In this document: positions 1 to 12,187 of the stretch, piece after piece | How positions within the stretch are numbered: the first letter of the stretch is position 1 | Layout: every line of letters starts with the position of its first letter | Source: Camelus ferus | Taxonomy: Eukaryota | Reading direction: 5' to 3' | DNA: 64,000 bases | NCBI RefSeq assembly: GCF_009834535.1 | Contig: NC_045696.1 | Span: 78,494,001-78,558,000, forward strand | Position numbers and translations under genes: made by a program | The notes under the pieces: model-generated | Told to the model about the DNA's origin: nothing | The model's input: only the letters and a program-made list of their open reading frames with translations | Databases searched by the model: none

Positions 1-2086
1 ACAATTATTTTCTTTCCAAGCAGAAGGGATTTAAGACAATATGACTTGTGTGACCAAGTGACAGACTGCAGTGTGCACTGCTGTGGAAAGGACTTGGGGT
101 CTGAGATCGGAAAGGAAAAGTTATATTTAAAGCTGCCCATGAAGAACCCCTGGGTGCCGTATCAGCTGTATGGGGGTCATTAGGAGTTAAGAGTTCACAC
201 ATTAGTTTTGCCCAAAAAAGAAATCATCTCTTTTCTTTTTGCACCTGCTTACTAGACTTGGACAATCACAAAGAGGGAAAATTGGAAGTAATTTTTAAAA
301 AAATAACTAAGACAACTGAACAGATTTCAAAATAACTATGTATAATTCAGCTAGTTATGACAAGGGAAATTTTCTTCTCAAACTGGAAGGATTGCCCATA
401 TTCATATTATCGCCAACTGCATCAGAAACAGCTACATCATAAACCTACACACCAAGCAAGCAGCAAGAAGGACAGCCAGAGCCCGGCAGAGGCCATTCAG
501 TGCCCCGAACCTGCGGCGACCTTCCTGACCGAGCCCTGTGGCCGGTTCTCAGTGATGTTAGAGACAAATGAGTAATTAAATTCTCCACCACAAATAAATA
601 TGAAAATGAATCAAGGATCAGTCTAAATCTGCAGCTCATCTATCTGTGCTGCCCACAGTCCCTATTACACTTCTCCATCGAATGAATGAATGGTTTCTCT
701 GGAATCCAGCCAATGCCTTTGATACTGGCTGACCTTGGAAATTTACCATAGGTGAGAAAGTTCAACTATCTTTTTATATTTCACTGCAGAATCACTATCA
801 CAACTCCTAGGTAGGAAGGCATTTTTTTTGCAAACAAGAAGAAAAATGATTGGCAGTGTGGTGCCAGGCACAGGTTTCACTGTCCTGGATGATGGAAGGG
901 AGACATCAGAATAAGGCCTACGGGTACCGACTGAAGCTCTTCCACTCTTGGCCGCAGCTTCACCCTTCAAAGAATCTCGTTCCTCAAATGTAAAATGGGA
1001 AGAAGATTATTGCCTGCCCTATCTACTTTACAGGGATTTGGAAGTTTAAATAAGATGCACTTGAAATGTTTTGTTGGCCGTAAAACATTAGTCAAATAAA
1101 AGTTACTATTACTGCATTTCACTGCATAGGATAAGAACAGTGTTACTGGATTTGGTCTGAGCCTACTTCTAAAATTCTATTGGCAGATCTATTTACTGAT
1201 GATAAAAATGTACTATAATTGAAAACTAATTTTTAATGAACCTCTAAGCCATCAAAATGTGTAATACACACAATTCCTGCTTCACCTTGTACATTCCTCT
1301 TTCCCAAGAGCTAACAAAAAACTTTAAGGAAGACACATAAGCATCTTTAACAATTAATAAGACAACACACCACACTCAAATCAATCTGGATGGGAAATGA
1401 GAATTTCATCTCTCAAAAAGCATGGGAAGAATTTGAACAGGCAAATAAATTTGCATCTGGACATTTCATGTAAATAATGAAAAGGATACATGATCTTTTT
1501 TTCCCTACCTAAAAACAAATACATTTAAAACATCTGAATCATTCCAGATAAACTGGCTGAATGCAAACTGACAACACAGCATTGAGCACAGCCATTATAA
1601 AATAATGTAAGTACTAGACTAATCCCAGCTGCCAAACACACAAATAATTTTGGTAGAATAAATGCAAAACAGATTTTCTAGTTAATTTTAAATTTCTTGA
1701 GAAACAAATCTTATGTTTTCTACCATCCAAAGAAAAGCATATGTGGCTGAAACTACTTCCATTATGACTAGATAGAATGTTTGATGGCATAATTATTTGC
1801 ACACACATATTTTTCTAAAACCTGTCATAAATTATAGACATTAGCATTTTTATAGATAAAGAACACAGACTGGATAATGCCCAGTAGGAAACAGCAATTA
1901 GTCTCATTGTAAAATGTTGTTTAAATTTCTTTTTTAAACTAAGGGATGCAGTGGTATGGGAAAAAAGTGTCTGATTTTTCATGATTCAAATGAAAATAAA
2001 TTGTTAAACCCATTCTAGACAGACCACATTCAATATTCATCCACATTACAAGACCGTTAAGCCATTCAACAATCTGAAAACAGTTC

Positions 2087-2441
2087 TGTCTTAGTCTATT
2101 CAGCTTGTTATAATAAAATATCATGGGCTGTGGGCTTACAAACAACAGAAATTTCTCACAGTTCTGGAGGCTGGGAACTCCAGGATCAAGGTGCCTCACT
2201 GTCTGGTGAGGACCTGCCTTCTGGTTCATAGACAGCAACTTCACTTTGAATCTTCACATGGTGGAAGAAGTGAGCTAGCTCTCTGAGGTCTCTTTTACAA
2301 GGGCACTAATCCCATTCATCAGGGCTTCCACCCTTATGACCTAGTTACCACCCAAAGGTACCACCTCTTAATACCGTTACCTTGGGGGTGAGGATTTCAA
2401 GGTATGAATTGTAAGGGGACACAAATGTTCCATCAATAGCT
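2087..2441 (-). mobile_element. MaLR solo LTR, MLT1A/B-like
   Basis: tgtcttagtc...aacaacagaaatttctcacagttctggaggctgggaa...aagggcactaatcccattcat...aggatttcaa...tatgaatt matches the reverse complement of MLT1 LTRs as I recall them. Confidence 0.8.
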
Positions 2442-3187
2442 ATCTCCACAGTTTAAGCAGGGGCTGGACGAGTATGAAGTTGCATTCCAGGACAGACTTC
2501 CTTTGCTGCTAAGCAGCTGATGACAACACAGCAAAGTCTACCTTAAAGCCAAGCCTAAGGCAAAACTGGGAAAGGGGGCACTTTGTTTTCTGAGCCTGAG
2601 GCCCCCCTTTTCAGGTGTTCATCCTGTGTCTGGGATGCTACCCTCAAGTGCTCCTGCCACGTGTACTTTATCCACTCTATCAACATTTGTCCTTGGCCTA
2701 TCTGATGTCTTCTTATTCCAGGGGTGCAGCCAACAGACAGCAGAGGAGAGAGAAAGATCAATAAGCACCTACTCTACTCCTGGTTATTTACAAGTTGTAG
2801 ATGTTATTATTCCATCAATTAACCTGAAGGTAGTTAATGAAGGAGAGAAAGTGTTGTACAAGGACCCAAACATTGCCTCCCTTGTCTTTCACTAAATCAT
2901 ACTGCCATCTTGAAAAAATAAAATTTATTACTCCCTGGGGAGATCTGTGTTTTATCAAGAGAATGAGAAAAGATTCTAAAACGTGAAATTGGGTTACTGT
3001 GGTTTGTCTCTTTTTGAGGATTGACAGGAGCCAGGACAGGGATCCTTGCTGGTCCCTGCTGTAAGTTGTTGAGGGTCTTGAGATAAGTGAGGGTACCAGC
3101 TTGTAGACCTTGCTTCCTGCAACTGTGAGGAATAACGATAGTACCTTTTCAGGCTCCCATGTGCTTTTCTTTCCTTTGCTAATTTTA

Positions 3188-4071
3188 TTGAATTTTTTTT
3201 TCTTTTTTGTTTTTGAAGTATAGTTGATTGAAAATGCTGTGTTAGTTTCTGGTATACAGCACAGTGATTCAGTTATATACATATATATTCATTTTCATAT
3301 TCTTTTCTATTATGATTATGATTTATTATAAGATATTAAATATAGCTTCCTGTACTATACAGTAGAACCTTTTTGTTTATCTATTTTATATATTGTAATG
3401 TGTATCTGTTAAACCCAAACTCCTAATTTATCTCTCCCTGTCCTTTCCCCTTCGGTAACCATTACATTTGTTTTCTATGTCTGGAGTCTATTTCAGTTTT
3501 GTAAAAAGGTTCATTTGTAACATATTTTTAAAAATTCCACATATATGTGATACCATATGATATTTGTCACTCTCTGTCTAACTTATTTCACTTAGTGTGA
3601 GAATCTCTAGGTCCATCCATTCATGTTGCTGCAAATGGTATTATTCCATTCTTTTTGTGGCAGAGTAATACTCTATTGTGTATATATATGTATATATATA
3701 CACACACACACAACACCAGATCTTCTTTATCCATTCATCTGCTTCCATGATTTAGTTTGCTTCCATGATTCGGCTGTTGTTAATAGCCCTGCTATGAGGT
3801 GCATGTATCTTTTTGAATTAGAGTTTTTTCTTTTGTAGATATATGCCCAGGAGTGGGATTGCTAGATCATCTGGTAACTCTAGTTTTAGTTTTATAAGGA
3901 ACCCCCACTTTGTTTTCCATAGTGGCTGCACCAATTTACATTCCTACCAACAATGCAGGAGGGTTCTCTTTTCACACCTTCCCTAGCATTTATTATTTGC
4001 AGACATTTTAGTGATGGCCATTCTGATTGGTATGAGGTGACACCTTATTATAGTTTCAATTTGCATGTCAC
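3188..4071 (-). mobile_element. 5'-truncated L1 (end of ORF2 plus 3' UTR), cetartiodactyl-type
   Basis: T-rich tail on the left; gaagtatagttgatt...gtttctggtatacagc, ccatgttgctgcaaatgg and gtggctgcaccaatttacattcc motifs; TSD ttgctaatttta at 3176-3187 and 4072-4083. Confidence 0.9.
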
Positions 4072-4744
4072 TTGCTAATTTTAAAGAAATCTCAATTTAT
4101 AAAAAAAAAAGTTAAAATCAATTACTGTACTGGCTTCTCCTGCATTTTGCTAAGAATTCATCATTCATTCTTTTATTCACTTATTCACTGAGTACTACCA
4201 TTTCCCAGGTATTCTATCACTCCTGAGGTTTTCACTGTAAACCAGACACCTGGCTATCCCCAGCCATGTTATCTCTGCTTCTACCCCAGGCCAACCTGGA
4301 GGAAAATCATAGCATCTTTTTTTTGTTTTGTTTCCCCAAAATATGCTCCAGTGGCAAAATCAATGGTGAACAACAGAGACTGACTGTTTAATAAAAAAGT
4401 CAGAGAAAAACATGAACATTTCACAGGCCATTGTCTTCCACTTCCAAAATGCCTCTAAGTCACGTCTATTTGCCGAAGTCTCTCTGGCTAAAGCGTCTAA
4501 TCAGACCACCCTTCATCATCCTTCACGATGCCTCGGCCTTGCTCACTGGCGGCCCCAGCAGTAGTATCCCTGCATTTGGTCTCTTTGCCATCGCTGGTCC
4601 AAATCTTTGAGCTATTATCATGCAGAATAAAGGTGCTTTGCTTAACTTCTCTGGACGTGACTACTTACATCTCAACACTTTGCAATCAGAGCGATCTCCA
4701 AGAATTGGAACTTCCCCTCCTTAGCAAAGGTAGTTAATCAGAAC

Positions 4745-5080
4745 CAACAACAATTACAATACAGTTCTGTTGCCTTCAAGGAGTTTAGAGTCTAATGAAG
4801 GAGGACAGATATGTAAATAGACAATCATGTTGTGAAAAATGTTAAAACAGAAATAGATTGGAAGTGCTACAGGGACACAGGGAAAAGAGCACTTTTTTCT
4901 GCCCAAGGGTATCAGGAAACACATAAAAGAACTGTCAGGAATCTTGAAAAAATGGAAGAAAGTTTTCCAAGGAAGCAAGGTTGAAAAGGGCACTCTAGGA
5001 AGAAAGAAGAACATGGGTAGAGGCAAGGAGATGTGAGAGGTCAGGGCACATCTGACAACAAATAGCTCCCTGTGGCTGTG
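4745..5080 (-). mobile_element. L2 fragment
   Basis: gttctgttgccttcaaggagtttagagtctaatg...gacagatatgtaaatagacaat...aagtgctacagggacacaggg is a typical L2 3' region. Confidence 0.6.
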
Positions 5081-7169
5081 AGATCAGGAATCAGGCAAAT
5101 CCAACACAGCAGCACCAGCTTTATTTCAAAATTCACCTACTTCTCTGCCCTCATGCACTGGCTTCTCCCTCAGTGCAAAGCAGTACTCTATCTTTCCATG
5201 ACAGAAGACAGTGCTGGCTGCATATATCTGAGCACAAAAGAACAGGATTAATTTAATAGTTTCATCTTAATTCTGCTCTAAGGTTTCTCAATTTAACTAA
5301 ATAACTTTAATGCTCTTTGGCACCAGGCTTTCGACAAACTTTCTTAAAAAGCCATTATAAAAATAGTGATTTTGCTAAAGAGTGGACAGAGTAAAAATCA
5401 TTATTCCAGTAGATGGAGCAGAGGTGACATCAGAGTAGCTGAATGTTGCCTGGCCCAGAATATATAGCAGAAATCCAGACACTCAGCAGAGCCACGAAAT
5501 GGAAAAAGCACATTTGAGAGCAAAGACTGAACATTACTGAATACTGCTTGGCTAATCACCTCATTTGGACTTTGAAATTTTCACATCCTCTTCAAACTGA
5601 AGGGGAAAACAACCCTAGGCAAATACCAAAATGATTCCTTAAAGAAACATTTATATTTTAGACTAAGAATGCTGTAATTTTGATTTGTTTAAAAGTCTCA
5701 CTGTGGTGCTTCACAATCATTCTACGTAAGACAGATCAGGCTGAAACTCTTAGTATTAGCCTCTCAATGCGTGGCTCCTCCGATCTCCTGCTGATGGTAA
5801 TGTGTGTGTTTCTTCCCTCGCAGACTGTTTGTGAATCGTGTGATTGTCTGAGATGGAATTATTGAGAAACAGATCAATAAACACAGCAGGCTACAGGCTT
5901 AAAACCTCAGCCTACACAATGGACCTATGAACAAAGTTACTGCTTAGAAATTGCGACAGCAGAATGGTGTTCATGCAGACTCATACTTGGGACCATATTA
6001 TGGTAAGCGGAATCACAGACATTAAAAGATACCTATGGAGAAGCAGATATTTTGATTAGAAATTCTAGCTTTTATATATCAGGCAAATGTCTAAATCTGA
6101 TGAAATTCCTGAAGGATTATTAAAGTCAAAGATGAACTATTCACTTTGTGAATTTATAAAACAAGTATTGTAAGAAAATCATTTCTAATAGTCATTGGAA
6201 ATAGGAAATGCGTCCTGTTTCTCTCAAGACCTACCATGTGCCTTGCTCTGTTAAATTCTTTGCCAGTATGCAGTACTGGATTCTTCAAAGGTAGACGATG
6301 TATGTGTTTAGGACACAAGCAAAGCAGAGGTAGCTCAATTTTTCTTTTTAAGAAGGTATTTGGTATTTCACAACAATGTAACAAAAATGTGTAACAAAGT
6401 AACAACAAAAAAGAAAGTTTGAATCTTAGTTTGAGATTTCTGACCAAATGGAGTAGTTCATTAGCCTTATACTCCAAAAAAATTCCGATTCAATGGTTAA
6501 GGGTATAAATTAAACAGTAGCTCTGCCACAGTGTAGTCATGTGAATTTGGAAGAGGCACTTACCCTTTTTTACTCTCAGTTTCCTTACTGCAAAATAAAG
6601 CTAAGGCATGAAAAGCATCCTTAGCTGCCATTATTAATGAATGTCATATCCCTTGAGAGGAACAGGACTGAAAAATTTAAAAACACAGTCATAGGTGTTA
6701 AGCACAAAGCAAACTCTTCTAATGATACTCATATTCTAACTCACCCTACTTTGAAGCACTGCTAAGCAAGCAATTCAAAATTCCTAATCTTAAAAAAAAG
6801 CTCCATCATTTTGCATATGTGGAAATATGCTGTCCTCATTTCATACCAATCTTCATTTACACAGGAATCATGAATTTCCAAGAATTTATGTAAGCATATT
6901 AAATAATAATTCCTGAATGGAAAATATCATAAAATTTTTTATTACACTCTATAAGCTCACAAATTTTTTTACTATACCTCTGTTTATCTGTCTTGATAGC
7001 CTTTTAAAAACATATGTATCATTAAAGAACATTTTTTTAAAATCTCATTTTCTAAATATATCCAATCTCCCATATTAATTACTACCACAGTTAAAATGAT
7101 TATCTTTTTACTACTTTGAAAAAGACACAGCAGCTATCAGAGGTTTCTATAAATGAAATGGCATGTCAT

Positions 7170-7581
7170 TGTCTTAGTCATCTCAGACCACCAGAACAAA
7201 ATACCATAGACTGTGTGGCAGGAATTTATTCCTCAGAGTTTTGGAGACTGGAAGTCTCAGAACAAGGTTCCAGGAGGGTCTGTGTCTGATGAGGGCTCTT
7301 TCTTTGGGTTGCAGACAACCATATTCTTGCTGCATCCTTACATGGCCTTTTTCTGGTGTGTGGTGTGTGCAGATGGAGAGAGAAAGAAACTAGTTCTCTG
7401 GTGTTTCTTTTATAAGGGCACTAATTCCATCATGAGGGTCCCACCCTCATGGCCTCATCTCAACCTAATGATCTTCCAAAGACCCTATCTCCAGCCTCCA
7501 AATGCTATCACATTGGGAGATGAGGTTTCAACGAACGAATTTGGGGGTTGGGTGGTGAGGCACACAACTCACTCCATAGCA
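7170..7581 (-). mobile_element. MaLR solo LTR, MLT1-like
   Basis: tgtcttagtc...aaataccatagactg...gtctgatgagggctct...aagggcactaattccatcatgaggg...ccatagca. Confidence 0.8.
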
Positions 7582-8339
7582 GTCACTTTGCTGGAACAAA
7601 GGATGACCAATGGCAAGAAGAGGAGAAATGTAAATAACTCTCAACTTTCATACACACACATTCACACAAGTCTTTCAACCTTGCCATCCAATCCTTCTTA
7701 GCATTTCTAATGGCCAAAGGTTGCATTTTTCAGTTCTTCAGAGCACTCTTACATATTATAAAAAGCATGAACTTAGGATACAATACTTGCATCTTTCTCC
7801 ATAAACCAAAAGAATTAAAACTATAAATGTAAAATTTCAAAACAAATTTAAAGATTATAAAGGGGAAGGAAATTTTAAAAAATCACATAGTCGTTTAAAC
7901 TTCCTCACTAATTTTAGAATACAATTCTAAGGGGAAAAGGGGTTCAACAACTTAGTAAATTTGTTAGAAAATTTTTAGAAATACATGCATAAACAAAATA
8001 CATGCATAAACATACATAAAGGTTAATTATACATCACAAGTCTTATATACATGGAGAAGTTAATATCAGAGTACACACAATCAAATCTGTAAAGAAGCCT
8101 TCCATAATCCGGCTCAGTTTAATCTATAATTCAATTCAACTGTTAATCTATAATCCCATTCAACCGTTTTGCTCTAGCAAAACATGCCATGCTGTTTAAT
8201 GCTTCTTTATATAACTACACTTTTTTTGTATGGACTATGTAACTCCCACTCCTCCTGGAAAATGTAGTTCTTAAAAGTTAAACACATTGCTCAGGGGAGA
8301 ATTATTATTCTGAAGTCTTTTATCCATTAAAAAAAAAAA

Positions 8340-9490
8340 TAAAATATACCTAAAGTCTACTTTAAGAATTAGAAAAGAAATGTCAGATTATACTGAAGCA
8401 AAGTAGAACAGATTAATGAAGAAAAAAGTGGATAATAAGAAAACTAAAAACATAGTAGAATGAATAAATAAATTCAAAACCTGATTATTTGAAAAGAAAA
8501 AGAATCACTGGTGAGCCTAACTTTTTAAAAAAAAGTGATAAAGTATAAATACACAAAAACAAATGATAAATGATAAAAGATAATCACAATCAGAATGAAT
8601 CTAAATGAATCACAATAGACTATGTTGATAAACACTATAGAAAGAAATTTGAAAATGTAGATAAAATGGATAATTTTTAAGATAATAAAATTTGCCAAAA
8701 CGACTTCTGAAGAGATAGAAAATCTAAAGACTGATTTATATAGAAGAAATGCAAAATTTGTCAATATATGAACCCAAAAGCAGTAGTCTCAGATGGCTTC
8801 ATCAGGAAATGTTAAAACATCTTTAAGATCAAACAATTTCAATGTTCCTAAAATCTCTTCAGAGAATAGGTTAATGAAAGAAAACATCGTGGTCCAACAA
8901 AGATTATATATGCCCACATAGGAACTAAGTCAATATCACTTAATGAGTATCAAAGCCAAAAGCCTAAATCCAATGTTATTATCAAATATAATTCAAGTGT
9001 ACACAAAAGTAATCATAACATAATGACTATGTGAGGTTTATTCCAAGAATCTAAGAATTTTTAATATTATGAAATCTATTAATAATTTCTTACAGTAATA
9101 TTAATAGATCTCAGAAAAGTATTTTAATCTCTTTGTATAAATGGCTGAAAGGCCATTTGTCAAAATTCAGTAGCCATTTTGGATTAAAATACTCAATAAA
9201 ATGGAACAGATGAGAATTTACTTTGTATGATAAAATGTACTAGCTTAGCCTCAAAGTTACTGTCTTGCTTAATAGGGCAACACTAGAAGCATTACCAACA
9301 AATTCAGAAACAAGACAGAGCTCCCAATCATCAGTATTACTTAACATTGAACTGGAAAAACTAGCCAAGAAAATTAAATAGAAAGAGAAATTATAAATAT
9401 GTAATGGAATGGACGAGAGAAGACTATTACTAACTGCAGATAACCTAAAAATATAATTACATGCATAGAATATCCAAGAGACTGAACTGG
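8340..9490 (+). mobile_element. old, decayed L1M ORF2 fragment
   Basis: aaatttgaaaatgtagataaaatgga, cagatggcttcatcagg, tttattccaagaat, ttaacattgaactggaa and ctagccaa are degenerate L1 ORF2 motifs; no open frame remains. Confidence 0.75.
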
Positions 9491-11448
9491 CTTCTGGCAT
9501 ATACAGTTGACTGGAATCAAACACACTTGGGGAGAAAAGAGGTTTTGAGACAGTTGCATTTGCAAAGAGACCTGTGACTAGATAAGACATATAGCGACCT
9601 CTAAGCTTCCAACTTCCTGTTGGGAGGAAGCAGGCTAAGAAAGCTGCTCAGCCACCAATAAGTGAATATTTTTCAACTCTTTTTTTCTATAACTATGGAG
9701 GACAATGGAAATGAAAGATCATTCCAGAAAGTAAAGCCAAAATCCAAAATCCATGGAGCACAAAAACTGGGGAGCTCTCCCCAAAGAGTAGAACCAGCCA
9801 GGATTTAAATTCAAGGTAGTTTTTTTTTTCTTCTTCTTCTTCTTCTTTTTTTTTTTACCCTCAAGGTAGTAAGTTGAGAAATACTTACCCAGATGCTTTT
9901 AAGAATTGTTAAGGACCTCTGACATCTATATGATGCCGATTCTCCTCTTTTTCAAATGACAGTGATTGTTGCCAAAGGAGACAGAAAAAAAAAAACAGTA
10001 TCTGTCTTTGTATGTATATTCATAAAGATGCATATGGAACTAATCACAGTGATTACTGCTTTAGCTTGAGTGGAAACTGGAAAGACTGGGTACAAGGTGG
10101 AAAGGAGACAAAGTTTATCTGTCCATTTTTAATATTTATAATTTTTGGAACTGGAGAAGGCATTCTATATTCATAAAATAAAATAAAAAATAATTTATAA
10201 TATGTTTTAGGACTTAGTGAACTACTGAAAGGGGGGTAAAGAGATATAATATGATGATTGCTATGTATCTGGTTTGATCAATTTAGTGTAAGACACCAAG
10301 AGAAAATCTATTGTAAGCATATCTACAGGAGACAAGACTATGTTTTAGATATGTTGACTACCCAATCATATCTAAAGCTATCTACTGGTCTCAGAGTGAT
10401 TCAGGTTTGCCTGATACTATTTAGATTTGAGCACTAAACCTCCCATATCCTGGGAAACCCATCCTCAGGATGTAAAATATCCTGGTTTTTAGCAATGGGT
10501 AGGTACAAGAGGTTAGAGGAAAGTACAAACAAAACCTATATGGTAGCCAAAAAAAAAATGACCCTAAAAGTAATACTCTATTTAAAATAGTTCAAATGGA
10601 TATGGCATAGATGACCCAATTTCAGTAGTTACTGTCACATTTTTTCCCCCAACCACTGATTTTCCCCCAACCATGGAACATCCACTATTATGCCACTCTG
10701 AGTGATGGTACTTATCTTTGCAATGTAATCATGACCATTAACAGTCATCTTTTACTTTGCCTGTGGATTAACTATGTACTTTGTATTGAGGTAATGCTGA
10801 TTTAATTTTAACACTTGAATACTGTGACCACATTTTCTAAGAGTCCAGATAACAAAACGAGAATTATTATAATACCAGTGTTGGCATAATCCAACAACTG
10901 CAATACTTTACTGAGAGACAGAAGGACACATACAACTGGATTAGAGAGGTAAGTAACCAAGACAGAGCATTCTGTACAATAGGCAGAGAGGAATTTGGGA
11001 TTGAGCATAGTGGAAATGGGGATATGAAAGCACATAGGTAGTCTAAATTTTGTAAGTCCTAGATTTAACAAGCCAGTATTTCTAAATCAGTCACGTGTTT
11101 TTTCATCTCCCCAAAAGACACCAATGTTCAGTCAAAAATAGTCACTGTATTAGTCTGTGGGCCTATCATAAGAATAAACAGTCATCTTACCATCTACTTG
11201 ATTATTCTATCAAAAAGAATACCTACATTTCCTGATTCAGTGTTTGCAACCATATAGGCAAACAAAAGGAGAAATTTTGATAATAGATGTGCTGGCTTAT
11301 TGTGACACAGACCTGATTTTTTTTCAGTCAGACCTTACTAACAATCACTGCTTCTTAGAGAGTATCAAGCGAGGCATTGAATCACATCAGCAATGACAAA
11401 AAAAATTCCCTATAGTTCTTAGGCGCTTTGATTTGAAAAATGAAATTT

Positions 11449-11560
11449 GAGGGGTGGAGATTGAGATGGCAGAATAAAAGGCCATAGAGCTCGCATCCTC
11501 CCACAAACAGATCAAAAATACATCTTCATGTGGAATAATCCTCACAGAATACCTACTGAA
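11449..11560 (+). mobile_element. isolated L1 5'-end fragment (~110 bp)
   Basis: gagatggcagaata...gagctcgcatcctcccacaaacagatcaaaaatacatct; homologous to the 5' end at 29764-29870; flanked by tgaaaaatgaaattt / tgaaaaatggagttt. Confidence 0.7.
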
Positions 11561-11669
11561 AAATGGAGTTTCACATCATCTTCTAGATTTTTATAAGGGT
11601 ATTATGAAACCACAGAAAAAATAAAGAATGCTGGTACCTTGTCCAAATAAAAACTAGACTTTGCCCATT

Positions 11670-12187
11670 GTATCCGTTTCCTATTGCTGCTATAACGAGT
11701 TACCACAAACATAATAGCATAGAACAATACAAATGTATTATCCTACAGTTCTGGAGGTCAGGATTCTGAGATGGGTCTCACTGGGTTAAAATCAAGGCAT
11801 CAAGGGCTAAAAAGCAAAGTACTGGCATAGTTTTACCTTTCTAGAAACTTTAGGGAAGAATGTTTTCTTGTCTTTTCCTGCTTCTAGAGATCACCTCCAT
11901 TCTTTGGTGATCACATTTTCAAAATAACCAATGGCTGGCTGAGCCTCATGCATCACGTCACTCTGACACTGACTCCTCTGCCTCCCTCCTCCACATTTAA
12001 AGGCCCTTGTGATTACACTGCGCCACTTGGATATTCAAGTATATTCCTTCTATCTTGAAGATAAGTTGATTAGCAACCTTAATGCCATCTGTTACCTTAA
12101 TCCGTTTTCTCTTGTAATATAACATATTCACACATTCCAGGGATTAGGACATGGACCTCTTGTGAGGCCATCATTCTGCCTATCACA
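11670..12187 (-). mobile_element. MaLR solo LTR, MLT1D-like
   Basis: tgtatccgtttcctattgctgctataac...ttaccacaaac...cagttctggaggtcag...ccagggattaggacatggac...attctgcctatcaca. Confidence 0.8.

Noticed and set aside
2815..3282. 155-aa ORF
   Set aside because: Begins in an L1 3' UTR and reads through its poly(A) (KKKKK); not a credible single-exon gene.
7213..7701. 162-aa ORF
   Set aside because: Lies within an MLT1 LTR; chance open frame.
8118..8167. short tandem duplications (also ~10642-10674 and ~46558-46611)
   Set aside because: Two-copy slippage duplications without spacers; not CRISPR-like or otherwise informative.
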